A DNA stretch of 64,000 nucleotides from assembly GCA_002238425.1 (NCBI GenBank), contig MPMJ01000006.1, positions 5,149 to 69,148 of the forward strand, read 5' to 3'. The first letter of the stretch is position 1. Each line of letters starts with the position of its first letter. The position numbers and the translations under genes were made by a program. Positions 28,743 through 39,416 of the stretch are shown here, piece after piece. Origin of the DNA: SAR202 cluster bacterium bin16 (GTDB lineage: Bacteria; Chloroflexota; Dehalococcoidia; Lucifugimonadales; Australimonadaceae). The notes under the pieces are model-generated. The model worked only from the letters and a program-made list of their open reading frames with translations, was not told the DNA's origin and searched no databases.

Positions 28743-29531
28743 ATGAGCAACAAGGTACTCGTCGACGTCGCCGACGGCGTGGGCACGATCACGCTGAACC
28801 GGCCGGGGCAGCACAACGCCATCGATTTCGAGATGTGGGGGCTGCTGCGCGACGCGGCACTGCGGGTCGGCGCGGACGAGAGCGTGCGCGTCGTCATCCT
28901 GACCGGCGCGGGGGAGAGGGCGTTCTCGGCGGGCGCAGATATCAAGGACTTCCCAGCGCACCGGAGCAACAGCGACCTCGCCCGCGACTACGCGGACGCC
29001 TTCGAGGGCGCGCTCGACGCGGTCGAGCAGATGCCGAAGCCGGTCATCTGCATGATCCGCGGGATATGCGTTGGCGGGGGCTGCGAGCTGTCGATGGCCG
29101 CCGACCTCCGCATCGCGGCGACGGGCAGCACGTTCGGGGTGCCGGTCGCGAAGATCGGGGTGCTCGTCGGCTATAACGAGATGCGGCGACTCTTACACCT
29201 CGTAGGACCCGGGCACGCGGCGAACCTCCTACTGACCGCGCGGCGCATCGACGAGGAGGAGGCGCTGCGCATCGGGCTGCTGTCGGAGGTCGTCGACGCC
29301 GACCGGCTGGTGGAGTACACCTACGGCCTGGCACGGGAGATGACCACCTACGCCCCACTTTCACAGTCCGCGCACAAGCGCATCATCCGCACGGTTCTTG
29401 CGAAACCCAGTCTCACAGCCCTCACCGATGAGGAGCGCTGGCTGCCTCTTTCCATCTTCGACACGGAGGACGGACAGGAGGGGTACCGGGCCTTCATGGA
29501 GAAGCGTCCGCCGCGCTTCCAGGGGCGGTAG
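28743..29531 (+). CDS. Enoyl-CoA hydratase/isomerase
   Basis: LNRP, AFSAGADI, GGGCEL, EKRPPRFQG. Confidence 0.92.
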   Translation: MSNKVLVDVADGVGTITLNRPGQHNAIDFEMWGLLRDAALRVGADESVRVVILTGAGERAFSAGADIKDFPAHRSNSDLARDYADAFEGALDAVEQMPKPVICMIRGICVGGGCELSMAADLRIAATGSTFGVPVAKIGVLVGYNEMRRLLHLVGPGHAANLLLTARRIDEEEALRIGLLSEVVDADRLVEYTYGLAREMTTYAPLSQSAHKRIIRTVLAKPSLTALTDEERWLPLSIFDTEDGQEGYRAFMEKRPPRFQGR

Positions 29532-29658
29532 GGCGATGCGTAGCGCCGCTCCCCGCCCCCGCAGTACCCTCACCCTAGCCCTCTCCCCTTGTAGGGAGAG
29601 GGGATCAGACGCCCTGCCCCACAGGCACACCCCCATCCTGACCTTCCCCGGCTTTGCA

Positions 29659-30225
29659 TCAAAACCCATGATTCCCTGCGAGTTTTGTAGCAGGCGACGT
29701 GTGTTCTGTAGCAGCCATTGTCAGCGGGTCGACGCCCATCTCGAAAGCCGACTGGATGAGGCAGCAGATGTTGTGTGCGACGAACTTCAACAAGACCTCG
29801 TTGATCTGCGCGGCGGGGCTCTTGGAGCGGACGGCGTGACCGAACTTGCTCTTGACCATAGCAAAGGTGGTCTCGATGTTGGAGCGCTTGTGATAGTGGT
29901 CGAGGAACTCAGCCCGCTTCAGGTTGAAGTAGTGGAATGCCCGCTCCCACAGAAGGTCGCGCCTATGGTGGCCGGAGCGGGCAACGGAGTTGCTCTTGAA
30001 GGGAATGAAGCCCCTCGCACCTACGCCCGCGATTGCGTGCAGGTTCGTACGGCTGAGGTACGCCTTGTCTCCAGAGAGCTCGCGGACGTTGAAGTGCTCA
30101 TCGGTTCGAGCGAGGAGCAGAGGCAACTGTGGCGCATCGGCGGAGTCAGTAGTCGTGACTTCGGCCGCCGTGATGATGTTACTGACGACTCCGCAGATCG
30201 CGTGGGCCTTCACCCAGGTAGCTCA
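29659..30225 (-). pseudogene. DDE transposase, C-terminal half (IS5-like)
   Basis: KAH...GDKAYLS...YHKRSNIETTF motifs; N-terminus absent; the stop lies inside the left TIR. Confidence 0.8.
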
Positions 30226-31480
30226 TCTCGCCGAGCCGTTCGATGTTGTCCTGACGAACCCACCCTTTTCGATGACTAAGGAGAAGAAGAAGGAGGCGGA
30301 TCGGCGCATCCTGGCCCAGTACCGCATGGCACACCAGAACCCCACGTCGGGAGCCCTGCGTTCGTCACTGCGATCCAACATCATGTTCATGGAGCGATAC
30401 GCTGATCTAGTGCGCCCCGGAGGGAGGTTCCTGACGGTGATCGACGACACACTCTTGGCAAGTGATGTCGACGTCTTCCGAGCGACGCGGAACTTTCTGA
30501 GGGAGCATTTCCTAGTCCGAGGAATAATCTCGTTGCCGAGCGGTGCCTTCAGGAGGCAAGGTTCAAGGGTCAAGACTTCCATTCTCGTCATGGAGAAGAA
30601 GCACTCAGCCAGCGAGAATCAGCCTGCTTGTTACGGATTCTTCGCCGAGAAACTAGGAGTTGATGACCTTGCGCCGCGAGCATCACGTGCTGACATCGAG
30701 GAAGCCCGCGATGCAGCAAACGAGGAGATCGAGGTGATACTGCGGGAGTACAGGCAGTACCTTGACGGCGAGCGCGTGGAAAGGGGTGTCGTCCTGCCAA
30801 GCGACCAGTTGCAGGATCGTCTTGACCTGAAATCGTGTGCACCCGAACTAGGGCGGATGGCCGACGAATGGCGCGCTGGAGGTGCCGAACTAAAGTTATT
30901 TCGGCAGTGCGTTACCCCTGTGACTGAGGTTGTTTCTCCGGCAGCCCATCCGGAGCAGGAGTTCAAATTGCTCAAGGTATCCTACGATGGACGCTGCATC
31001 GTTGAGCGCGAGCGTAAGGGCGACCGAATCAGGGCCAGGACAATGCACCGCGTACGAGAGGGCCAGATGGTGTTCTCAATTATCCGGGCTACCGACGGGG
31101 CCATCGGGATAGTACCGCCTGAACTGGACGGTGCTCTAGTCTCCCCCGACAGTTTCATGGTCTTTGCCTGTGCCACGCCGCAGGATACGCACTACCTGAG
31201 AGCGGTCCTGCGTTCTCACGAACTGCGTGCAGACATGCAGGCCAAGTCCACTGGGTCAGGTCGCTACGTGACCGCATGGCCCGATGTCGGAGATTGGCTC
31301 CATGTACCGTGGCTTCCAGATGACGAGAGGCGGCAAGTCGGAGATGGGTTGATGGAAGCACTTGAACTAGAAAGGCAAGCCGATGCTCAGCGTCGGGACG
31401 CGATGGAGAGGATTCACGCATTGGGGGTAGAGTCGAAAGAGAGCGTCATACGGTGGGAGAGGTCCAAGGCACCTAGGTAG
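30226..31480 (+). pseudogene. N6-adenine methyltransferase with specificity domain, 5'-truncated
   Basis: FDVVLTNPPF (motif IV) immediately after the junction with the transposase; motif I and start are missing. Confidence 0.75.
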
Positions 31481-31546
31481 GGTGACCCACTGGACTGGGG
31501 ACATAGCCTTGTATCAAGAACAGAAGAGTTGGACAGAGGCGTATCC

Positions 31547-32209
31547 ATGAGTATTTCAAGCAACGAAACCGAACAGGAGCGCGGCACCGTCTACATCCTG
31601 TCGAACCCCGCCATGCCCGATTGCATCAAGATCGGACGAGTTGATGGGGTCACTTCTCAGGCGGTTGTCGACAGGATGCGAACTCTTGATGGAACGAACA
31701 TGCCCCGGCCCTTCCACTGCGAGGCCGCCGTCGTCGTCGAGAACCACAGAAGGGTCGAGAAGGCTCTGCACACGATATTCGGCGACCGGCGTATCCGCGA
31801 GAACCGCGAGTTCTTCGAGGGCGTATCGGTGGTGCGAGCGCAAGCTGCGCTGGCCTTGGTGGCGATTGAGGATGTGACGCCCAGTGGCGTACCGCCGGAG
31901 CTCAACGCCGCTGACGGCACGGTCGTAGAGGAGAAACCTCCGCGAAGATCCCGATTTACGTTTTCTAAGGCAAAGGTGCCTGTGGGTGCAAACCTCACAT
32001 GGGCATACGACCCCTTGATTGCCTGCGAGGTAGTGGACGACCGCCAAGTGCGCTACGACGGTTCACTCTACATGCTCTCGCCATTGGCGCAGAAACTCCT
32101 AGGGGTCACGTGGTCTCCCCAGGGCACCACGTACTGGCTCTACGAAGAAGAGACGCTGGACGAGCGCCGCAAGCGGCTAGAGGACGAGGACGATGAGGCA
32201 GGGTCATGA
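31547..32209 (+). CDS. T5orf172/MUG113-type GIY-YIG protein
   Basis: VYILSNPAMPDCIKIG, EKALH, NREFF; C-terminal WLYEEETL domain. Confidence 0.85.
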   Translation: MSISSNETEQERGTVYILSNPAMPDCIKIGRVDGVTSQAVVDRMRTLDGTNMPRPFHCEAAVVVENHRRVEKALHTIFGDRRIRENREFFEGVSVVRAQAALALVAIEDVTPSGVPPELNAADGTVVEEKPPRRSRFTFSKAKVPVGANLTWAYDPLIACEVVDDRQVRYDGSLYMLSPLAQKLLGVTWSPQGTTYWLYEEETLDERRKRLEDEDDEAGS

Positions 32210-32423
32210 GGTCAAGCAAATGATGTACGTCATCTGCCACGACAGGTCGAACCACTCCGGCGGCAGCCGAATCCATCAGGTGGGTGGTTGCTGGCACGCA
32301 CGACACCACGAAGCCAACCCAGCGACGATGGTCTGGACGCAGTCCTACACGCAGGCAGAGGCCGAGGCTGTTCTGCGGGCCGAGCGGCGGGACATTCGAT
32401 ATTGCGGCAATTGCTTCCGGTGA
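32193..32423 (+). CDS. Small Cys/His hypothetical protein
   Basis: IH...C...CGNC possible Zn site; overlaps the upstream gene. Confidence 0.45.
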   Translation: MRQGHEVKQMMYVICHDRSNHSGGSRIHQVGGCWHARHHEANPATMVWTQSYTQAEAEAVLRAERRDIRYCGNCFR

Positions 32424-32584
32424 ACTCGTGCGACTGCTACTGGCATGTGCTTCCCCGGCCCGTTGTACCTGTAGGGTCGTTTTGGAGCAAGATTGCGACT
32501 TCTGGAGCAAAGGTGAGTTTTGGAGCAAAGCCGACCTTCCCCCATCGAGGGGGAAGGGATCAGCAAGGGTCACGGGGGTAACCG

Positions 32585-33766
32585 ATGCCTCCGATGCCGC
32601 TGGAGGGCGTTACCGTCCTCGATTGCACGCAGGTGATGGCGGGGCCGTTCTGCACGATGCTGCTCGCCGACATGGGCGCGGACGTCATCAAGGTGGAGAA
32701 GCCGGGCGGCGACGACTCCCGGCGGATGGGGCCGCCGTTCATCAACGGCGAGTCCGCAGCCTTCCTCGGCATCAATCGCAACAAGCGGAGCATCGTCCTC
32801 GACCTGCGGAACGATGTCGACCGGAGCGCCTTCCGGCGCATCGCCGCGCAGGCCGACGTCGTCGCCGAGAACTTCCGTCCCGGCACGATGGAGCGGCTCG
32901 GCCTCGGCCCTGTGAAACTGCGTGAGGAGCACCCAGAGCTGATCTGGGTTTCCATCTCCGGTTTCGGGCAGACGGGGCCCTATGCCAGCCGCCCCGGCTA
33001 CGACCTGCTGGCGCAGGGCATGTCCGGCATGATGAGCGTGACCGGCTACCCGGACTCGCCGCCAGTGAAAGTGAGCATCCCGCTCGCCGACCTGAGCGCC
33101 GGGCTGTTCGCGGCCAACGGCGTGCTCGCCGCATACATCCACCGGCTCAAGACCGGCGAGGGGCAGGCGATCGACACCTCGCTGCTCGAGGCCGCCGTCG
33201 CCCTCACCGTCTGGGAGGCCGCCGAGTACTGGGGCTCCGGCGTCGTGCCCGGCCCCAAGGGGTCGGCGCACCGGCTCGTCGCCCCGTACCAGGCGATGGA
33301 GAGCGCCGACGGCTATTTCAACATCGGTGTGGCGAACCAGGCGAACTATGAGCGTCTCTGCGCGGCGCTGGAACGTCCCGACCTGCTGACCGACTCCCGC
33401 TTCACAGCGAACCCGGACCGGGTCCGCAACTACGAGGCGCTCGCCGCGGAGATACAGCGCACGACGCGCACGCGCACGTCCGGCGAGTGGCTGGCCGTGT
33501 TCGAGGCCGCGGGCGTCCCTGCCGGGCCGATCTACGGCATGGACGAGGTCTTCGCGAACGAGCACGTCGTCGCTCGCGGGATGGTGACGCCGCTGGAGCA
33601 CCCGGTCGCGGGGACGATCAACAACCTCGGCGTCCCGGTCAAGATGTCGGCGACACCGGGCCAGGTGCGGCTGCCCGCCCCTACCCTCGGCCAGCACACG
33701 GAGGACGTGCTGCGGCAATTCGGGGTGCCGGAGGATGAGGCGGGGGCGATCCTGGGGCGGGGGTAG
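32585..33766 (+). CDS. CaiB/BaiF family III CoA transferase
   Basis: GPFCTMLLADMGADVIKVE, NRNKRS, ENFRPG, PGYD, LGQHT. Confidence 0.93.
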   Translation: MPPMPLEGVTVLDCTQVMAGPFCTMLLADMGADVIKVEKPGGDDSRRMGPPFINGESAAFLGINRNKRSIVLDLRNDVDRSAFRRIAAQADVVAENFRPGTMERLGLGPVKLREEHPELIWVSISGFGQTGPYASRPGYDLLAQGMSGMMSVTGYPDSPPVKVSIPLADLSAGLFAANGVLAAYIHRLKTGEGQAIDTSLLEAAVALTVWEAAEYWGSGVVPGPKGSAHRLVAPYQAMESADGYFNIGVANQANYERLCAALERPDLLTDSRFTANPDRVRNYEALAAEIQRTTRTRTSGEWLAVFEAAGVPAGPIYGMDEVFANEHVVARGMVTPLEHPVAGTINNLGVPVKMSATPGQVRLPAPTLGQHTEDVLRQFGVPEDEAGAILGRG

Positions 33767-33787
33767 GTCGGAGGGGGCAGGCCGACC

Positions 33788-34951
33788 CTACGGGCCTCCT
33801 CCAACCAGCGCTGGAGGTTCCTCCAGCACATCGAGAATGGCATCCGCGCAGTAGACGCGGTTGCGCCGTCTCTCCCCAACACGAGCGAGGACACCTATCG
33901 CCTCCAGCCGGTCGATGGCGCGCTGGGCCGTCGTGAACGCGGAGCCGAGGCGTTCGGCGACGCCTCCTACCGTCCAGAAAGGGTTCTCGAAGAAGAGATC
34001 AAGCGCCCTCTCCGGAAGCCTAGACCGCTCCCCCGTCAGTTCATCCTTCCACCGTTCAAGCAATGCATCCAGCCGCTGAATCCGCTCCACGGCATCTTCG
34101 GACTGAAGCTCCACTCCTTTCAGGAAGTAGACCAGCCATTCTTCCCATTCGCCTTCCGCAGTCACGCCGAGCAGTCGTGCGTAGTACTGCTCACGCGTGG
34201 CCTCGAAGTAGGCGCTCAGGTACAACAGCGGAGATGGAATGACGCCCCGCGTTACGAGGAGCAACGTGATGAGCAAGCGCCCGACCCTTCCGTTCCCATC
34301 GAGAAATGGGTGGACGGCCTCGAACTGTGCGTGGACCAGTGCTGCGTGCACGAGCGGAGGCAGCGTATCGTCGTGCAGGAACGACTCCCACGCCCCCAGG
34401 CAAGGCATCAGGTCCGATGGCGGCGGGGGAACGTACGTCGCTTCGTTCAGCGTGCACCCAGGAGCCCCGATCCAGTTCTGGCTGCGGCGGAACTCTCCCG
34501 GCGTAGAGGCGTCACCCAGAACGCCCCGCATGAGACATTCATGCATCTCGCGGACCAAGCGAAGGGACATCGGCAGCGTTTCCAAACGCTCCAAGGCGTA
34601 CTCCAGGGCCACCACGTAATTTCCTACCTCCCGCAGGTCGGCAGGGCTCCGCTCAACGGCTGCACCGGCCTCTGCGGCAAGCAACTCTCCGAGAGTCGCC
34701 TGGGTGCCCTCGATGCGGCTGGACAGGACCGCTTCCTTACGGACGAAGGGCCGTATGAGAAGATGAGGGTTAGGCAAGCGCCTTCCTTCGCCGGCGAGCC
34801 TCCCTATAGCCCGGTCAGCAGCCGAGAGTCCGACCATGAGCGCTTCGCTCCACGTCAAGGGCGGCGGGAGCGGGGCAGGAACGTAGGCACGATAGCCTCC
34901 CGTGCAATTCACCAAGCGGCCATGAGGCTGACGGTCCCGTCTGAGTTCCAC
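33788..34951 (-). CDS. Fic family protein
   Basis: EAVLSSRIEG and canonical HPFLDGNGRVGR; C-terminal HTH. Confidence 0.92.
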   Translation of the reverse strand: MELRRDRQPHGRLVNCTGGYRAYVPAPLPPPLTWSEALMVGLSAADRAIGRLAGEGRRLPNPHLLIRPFVRKEAVLSSRIEGTQATLGELLAAEAGAAVERSPADLREVGNYVVALEYALERLETLPMSLRLVREMHECLMRGVLGDASTPGEFRRSQNWIGAPGCTLNEATYVPPPPSDLMPCLGAWESFLHDDTLPPLVHAALVHAQFEAVHPFLDGNGRVGRLLITLLLVTRGVIPSPLLYLSAYFEATREQYYARLLGVTAEGEWEEWLVYFLKGVELQSEDAVERIQRLDALLERWKDELTGERSRLPERALDLFFENPFWTVGGVAERLGSAFTTAQRAIDRLEAIGVLARVGERRRNRVYCADAILDVLEEPPALVGGGP

Positions 34952-35146
34952 ATCGGTTCCTTATTAGCGCCTGCGAAAATAACCAACTCTGCTATTATCG
35001 AATAGAAGTCGATTCGAAAACAACTATGCCTGCAGAGTGTCATGCTGAACAGGGTACAGCGGAGTGGAGGCATCTCTCCGAGTACGTTGGCATTGACGAG
35101 GGTGTCCCTGAGAGGTTCCTTGGCTTCGCTCGGAATGACTCTTGCG

Positions 35147-35959
35147 CTAGTCCTCCACGATGGCGAGGGCGCCGTCGCGGACGGTGACCTGGTGGCCGGA
35201 GAAGTCCATGGACGCCTGGGCGGCGAGGACGTAGCGGTCGCCGACCGTGTCCACCTGCGCGGGGCGCGGGCTCTCGCGGGCCCACTGGGGGCTGTCCTCG
35301 GTGACGATGCCGCCGCCACCGCCGGGGATGCCCGCGCCCGTCTCGCGGGCCCGCTCGTCTCCGCCGCCGCTGCCGGGGCCCATGCTCAGGACGCAGATGT
35401 TGAACTCGCGCTCCTCCTCGGCGACGAACTTAGCGAACGCCCGGATCGAGAGCTTCGAGACGCCGTAGACGCACGTGCCGATGTTCGGCGGGGCGTCCTG
35501 CCGGACGCGCAGCGTGCCCTGCCCGAAGTGGATCACGTGCCCCGCGTTGAGCGACTCCATGTACGGGAGCACGTGCTTGGTGCAGAGGAACGTGCCGCCG
35601 AGGTTCGTGCGCATCACGCGGTCGAAGAACGACTCGTCCATGTCGCGGATGCGGGGCCAGCGGGGCGCGCCCTCGTGGAAGTGCGTCACGATGGCGGCGT
35701 CGTTGATGAGCACGTCGATGCGTCCGTACTGCCGGTAGACGCGGTCCATGAGCGAGCGCACCTCGTCCTCGACGCACACGTCGGTGCGCACGGCGAGCGC
35801 TTCCGCTCCGAGGGCGCGCACCTCGCCCATCACTGTCTCCATGGGGGCGACGTCGGCGATGGCGAGCCGCGCGCCCTCCTTCGCGAACGTCTTCGCCACC
35901 CACCGGCCGATGCCCTTCGCGCCGCCCGTGACGACGACCACCTTGCCTTCGACTGACAT
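35147..35959 (-). CDS. SDR family oxidoreductase
   Basis: TGGAKGIG, YGVSK. Confidence 0.88.
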   Translation of the reverse strand: MSVEGKVVVVTGGAKGIGRWVAKTFAKEGARLAIADVAPMETVMGEVRALGAEALAVRTDVCVEDEVRSLMDRVYRQYGRIDVLINDAAIVTHFHEGAPRWPRIRDMDESFFDRVMRTNLGGTFLCTKHVLPYMESLNAGHVIHFGQGTLRVRQDAPPNIGTCVYGVSKLSIRAFAKFVAEEEREFNICVLSMGPGSGGGDERARETGAGIPGGGGGIVTEDSPQWARESPRPAQVDTVGDRYVLAAQASMDFSGHQVTVRDGALAIVED

Positions 35960-35989
35960 GCCGCGCCTCCTTGTTGTGCTGTGCGCCCC

Positions 35990-36385
35990 CTACGCGCCTT
36001 CCAGCAACTCGTAGAGCAGTATGCGGTTGCCGCACGTGTCGTCGAACAGGGCCTGTGCGCCGCCCGCGGCGTCTATCGGCTTCATCGAGAACACGACGCC
36101 CAGTGCCTCGAGGCGTTCGTACTCAGCCTGGATGTTGTCAACGGCGAAGGCCGCATGCGGGATGCCTTGTTCGAAGATCGCCTGCTGGTAGGCCTGCGCG
36201 GCGGGGTTGTCGTTGGGCTCCAGGAGCAATTGGGCGCCGTCCGGCGCATCCGGCGAGACGACCGTCAGCCACTTGAACTCCCCCACCGGGAAGTCTTCCT
36301 TCTTCACGAAGCCGAGAATGTCCGTGTAGAAGGCGAGCGCCTTGTCCTGGTCGTCTACGTGGATGCTGGTCAGTTCGATCCTCAT
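35990..36385 (-). CDS. VOC/glyoxalase family protein
   Basis: VDDQDKALAFYTDILGF, FDDTCGN. Confidence 0.9.
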   Translation of the reverse strand: MRIELTSIHVDDQDKALAFYTDILGFVKKEDFPVGEFKWLTVVSPDAPDGAQLLLEPNDNPAAQAYQQAIFEQGIPHAAFAVDNIQAEYERLEALGVVFSMKPIDAAGGAQALFDDTCGNRILLYELLEGA

Positions 36386-36454
36386 TCAGCTTCCTTCCTG
36401 TATGGAGATGGGCAGGGAGTGTACTACGGCGGGCGCTCCAGAGGAGGGATGCAG

Positions 36455-36725
36455 AGCGCCCACAAGAGGACGCCCCTACACCGGGCACCGCGCCACCTCC
36501 CCTCCCCCGTGCCCTCACCCGCCGCGCAAGCGCGTCGACCTCTCCCTGGGGGAGAGGTGAGGGGGATTCCCGCTTTCGCGGGAAGGACGGGTGGGATGCG
36601 GGAGGTTCCTGCCTTCGCAGGAACGACGGACGAGTACGGGACGCGGGGGCGGTTCGCGAACCGCCCCTACGCCAGGCGAGGTTCCTGCCTGCGCAGGAAC
36701 GACGGACGCCTTCTCACAGGAACGA
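36455..36725. repeat. REP-like palindrome cluster
   Basis: GAGGTTCCTGCC(TTC/TGC)GCAGGAACGAC x2, GGGGCGGTTCGCGAACCGCCCCTAC, ATTCCCGCTTTCGCGGGAA. Confidence 0.8.
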
Positions 36726-36847
36726 CAGAAGAAAGGGGGCGCGGGGTTTGCTATGCTACGCGCCGCCATACGCCACAAATGGCGGGAGAGAACACCTCCC
36801 AACAGAGAGCATGTAATCGCACACCACTACGGCAGGAGAGAGAGCAT

Positions 36848-39076
36848 ATGACCACCGCACCACGCGTCGTTGGCACACCGGTACCCCGCATCGACGGGCG
36901 CGACAAGGTAACCGGCTCGGCCAACTACGGCGCTGACTTCGAGATCCCGGGCACGCTCTGGGCGAAGACCCTCCGCAGCCCCTTCCCGCACGCGCGGATA
37001 CGCGGCATCGACGCCTCCGCCGCTCGGGCGCTGCCCGGCGTCCACGCGGTCCTCACGGGCGACGACATACCCGACAACATGCGCTGGGGACGACGCATCG
37101 TCGACGTGCCCGTGCTCGCGCAGGGCGAGGTGCGGTTCGTCGGCGAGCAGGTCGCGGCGGTTGTTGCGGACGACGAGGAGATCGCGCAGCGGGCGCTCGA
37201 ACTCATCGACGTCGACTACGAGGAGCTTCCCGCAGTCACGGACCCCGAGGAGGCGATGAAGAACGAGATACTCGTGAACCCGGACATGCACGGCTTCAAG
37301 GGCCTGCTGTACGAGGTGAACGAGCCTACGAACGTCGTGGTCCACTTCGAGTGGAGCAAGGGCGACGTGGAGGCGGGCCTGCGGCAGGCCGACCTCGTGG
37401 TCGAGAACACGTACACGACGCCCTCGCAGCACCAGACGTACATGGAGGCGCACAACGCCACGGTGCGCGTAAACCCGGACGGCACTGCCGAGGTGTGGAC
37501 GCCCGGCAAGGCGCCGTACGCGGTGCGGACGCAGATATCGGGGCCGCTCGGCGTCGAGCCGGAGAGCATCGTCTTCCACCCGGTGACCATCGGCGGGGAC
37601 TTCGGCGGCAAGGGGTCGCCGATGAACGTCGCGCTCGGCTACCTGCTGTCCAAGGCGGCGGGGAACCGCCCGGTGCGGATGGTGTTCGACTACGCGGAGG
37701 AGTTCCTGGCAGCGAACCCGCGCCATTACTCGAAGTTGCGGATGCGCACGGGCGTCAAGAAGGACGGCTCCATCACCGCGCACGACGTCAGCATCGTGTT
37801 CGACAGCGGGGCGTACGCGGGGTTCAAGCCCGCGGGGCACCTCGGCGGCGCGAAGGCGGCGGGAGGACCTTACCGAACGGAAAACGCGCGCGTGGTGGAG
37901 GACATGGTCTACACCCACAACACGCCGTGCGGCCACATGCGCGGGCCGGGCGAGCCGCAGGCGGTCTTCGCCCTCGAATCGCACATCGACGAGGTCGCCG
38001 ATGCGCTCGGCATGGACCCCGTGCAGTTCCGCCTGATGAACCTCGTGGAGGACGGCGAGCCCACTGCGCTCGGCGACGTGTTCGTCGAGAACCGGGCCGC
38101 AGAGGCGCTCGAAGTTGCCGTCGAGGCGTCGGGCTACAACGCGGCGAAGGCGTCCGGCGTGGGGCGCGGCGTTTCCGTCGGGGAGCGCCCGCCGGGCGGC
38201 GGACGCATCAACTCGCAGGTGTCGATGGAGGCGGACGGCTCCGTCCTCATCACCACTCCCCTCTTCGAGCAGGGCGCGGGCGCGTACACGGTGCTGCAGC
38301 AGGTCGTGGCCGAGGACCTCGGCCTCCCCGCCGACGCCGTGCGTATGGTCGTCGCCGACACGGGCCTGTTCGACATGGACCAGGGCGTGGGCGGCAGCCG
38401 CGTGACGAACCTCGGCACAGTCGCCACGCACGAGGCCGTCGGGCAGGCGCAGGGAGAGCTGTTCAAGCTAGCGGCGGAGCTGCAGAACTGGCCGGAGGAG
38501 AAGCTCGTCGTGCAGGGGCAGATGCTCGTGCGGACGGACACCGGCGAGTCGCAGCCGTGGAGCAACCTCATCGCCCGCGTGGGCACGCCCGTCGTCGGGC
38601 GCGGTGTCGCCTCCGGCGGCTACGAGAACCCGGTCACCGGCTACTGCGCGCAGATCGCCGAGGTCGAGGTCGACGCGGAGACCGGACAGATACGGCTGAC
38701 GAAGCTGACGACCGTCCACGACACCGGCACCATCATCAACCCCATCGGCCACCAGGGGCAGATCAACGGCGGGGCGATGATGGGCATCGGATTCGGGCTG
38801 CAGGAGGAGCTGGTGCGGGAGAACGGCTTCATCTCCACGCTCTCGTTCGCGGACTACAAGATACCGAACATCGCCGACATCCCCGAGCTCACGACGGTCG
38901 TGCTCGACACGCCGGGCCAGGGCGTCGGCCCGTACAACATCAAGGCTATCGGCGAGAGCCCCAACGCGCCTACGGCGGCGGCCATCGCGAACGCCATCGC
39001 CGACGCATGCGGCGTGCGCGTGCGCGACCTGCCGGCGACGGCGGAGAAGGTGTACGAGGCGTTGCAGGATGCGTAG
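36848..39076 (+). CDS. Xanthine dehydrogenase-family molybdopterin-binding subunit (CoxL-like)
   Basis: DKVTG, IGGDFGGK, HMRGPG, GQINGG, KAIGE; active-site loop is not the CODH AYxCSFR. Confidence 0.9.
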   Translation: MTTAPRVVGTPVPRIDGRDKVTGSANYGADFEIPGTLWAKTLRSPFPHARIRGIDASAARALPGVHAVLTGDDIPDNMRWGRRIVDVPVLAQGEVRFVGEQVAAVVADDEEIAQRALELIDVDYEELPAVTDPEEAMKNEILVNPDMHGFKGLLYEVNEPTNVVVHFEWSKGDVEAGLRQADLVVENTYTTPSQHQTYMEAHNATVRVNPDGTAEVWTPGKAPYAVRTQISGPLGVEPESIVFHPVTIGGDFGGKGSPMNVALGYLLSKAAGNRPVRMVFDYAEEFLAANPRHYSKLRMRTGVKKDGSITAHDVSIVFDSGAYAGFKPAGHLGGAKAAGGPYRTENARVVEDMVYTHNTPCGHMRGPGEPQAVFALESHIDEVADALGMDPVQFRLMNLVEDGEPTALGDVFVENRAAEALEVAVEASGYNAAKASGVGRGVSVGERPPGGGRINSQVSMEADGSVLITTPLFEQGAGAYTVLQQVVAEDLGLPADAVRMVVADTGLFDMDQGVGGSRVTNLGTVATHEAVGQAQGELFKLAAELQNWPEEKLVVQGQMLVRTDTGESQPWSNLIARVGTPVVGRGVASGGYENPVTGYCAQIAEVEVDAETGQIRLTKLTTVHDTGTIINPIGHQGQINGGAMMGIGFGLQEELVRENGFISTLSFADYKIPNIADIPELTTVVLDTPGQGVGPYNIKAIGESPNAPTAAAIANAIADACGVRVRDLPATAEKVYEALQDA

Positions 39077-39092
39077 GAGGCGTGCAGGGGCT

Positions 39093-39400
39093 GTCATGCT
39101 GAGCGGAGCCGAAGTATCTCTCAGGGGACGTTGGCGTATGCGGACGCTTGCCCGAGAGATTCCTCGGCTACGTTGCACTTCGCTCGGAATGACAAGCCAC
39201 CCTGCCCCATGCCGGGGTACCCTCACCCCAGCATCGAGTGCGGGGCAGGCTCTAACCCTCTCCCCTTGTAGGGAGAGGGATCAGGCGCCCGAGAGATTCC
39301 TCGACTCCGCTGCACTTCGCTCGGAATGACAAGGCACCCTGCGCTGCGCCGGGGTACCCTCACCCTAGCCCTCTCCCCTTGTAGGGAGAGGGGATCAGGC
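39093..39400. repeat. Tandem composite REP units
   Basis: Two copies of CCCGAGAGATTCCTCG...CGCTCGGAATGACAAG...CCCTCTCCCCTTGTAGGGAGAGGG. Confidence 0.8.
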
Positions 39401-39416
39401 AGAGACGGGTAAACGA

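Larger units (their letters stand above)
29650..32532. mobile_element. Defective IS5/IS903-like cargo transposon
   Basis: TIRs GGCTTTGCATCAAAAC (29650-29665) and GTTTTGGAGCAAAGCC (32517-32532) match at 14/16; 10-bp TSD GACCTTCCCC at 29640-29649 and 32533-32542. Confidence 0.85.

Noticed and set aside
29990-30225. N-terminus of the 496-aa methyltransferase ORF
   Set aside because: It is the antisense reading of the transposase fragment, not a real MTase sequence.
36848-39076. Aerobic CO dehydrogenase CoxL
   Set aside because: The loop is HMRGPG rather than AYxCSFR or AYRGAGR, and no coxS/coxM are adjacent. The 1031-aa ORF call is inflated by upstream REP sequence.
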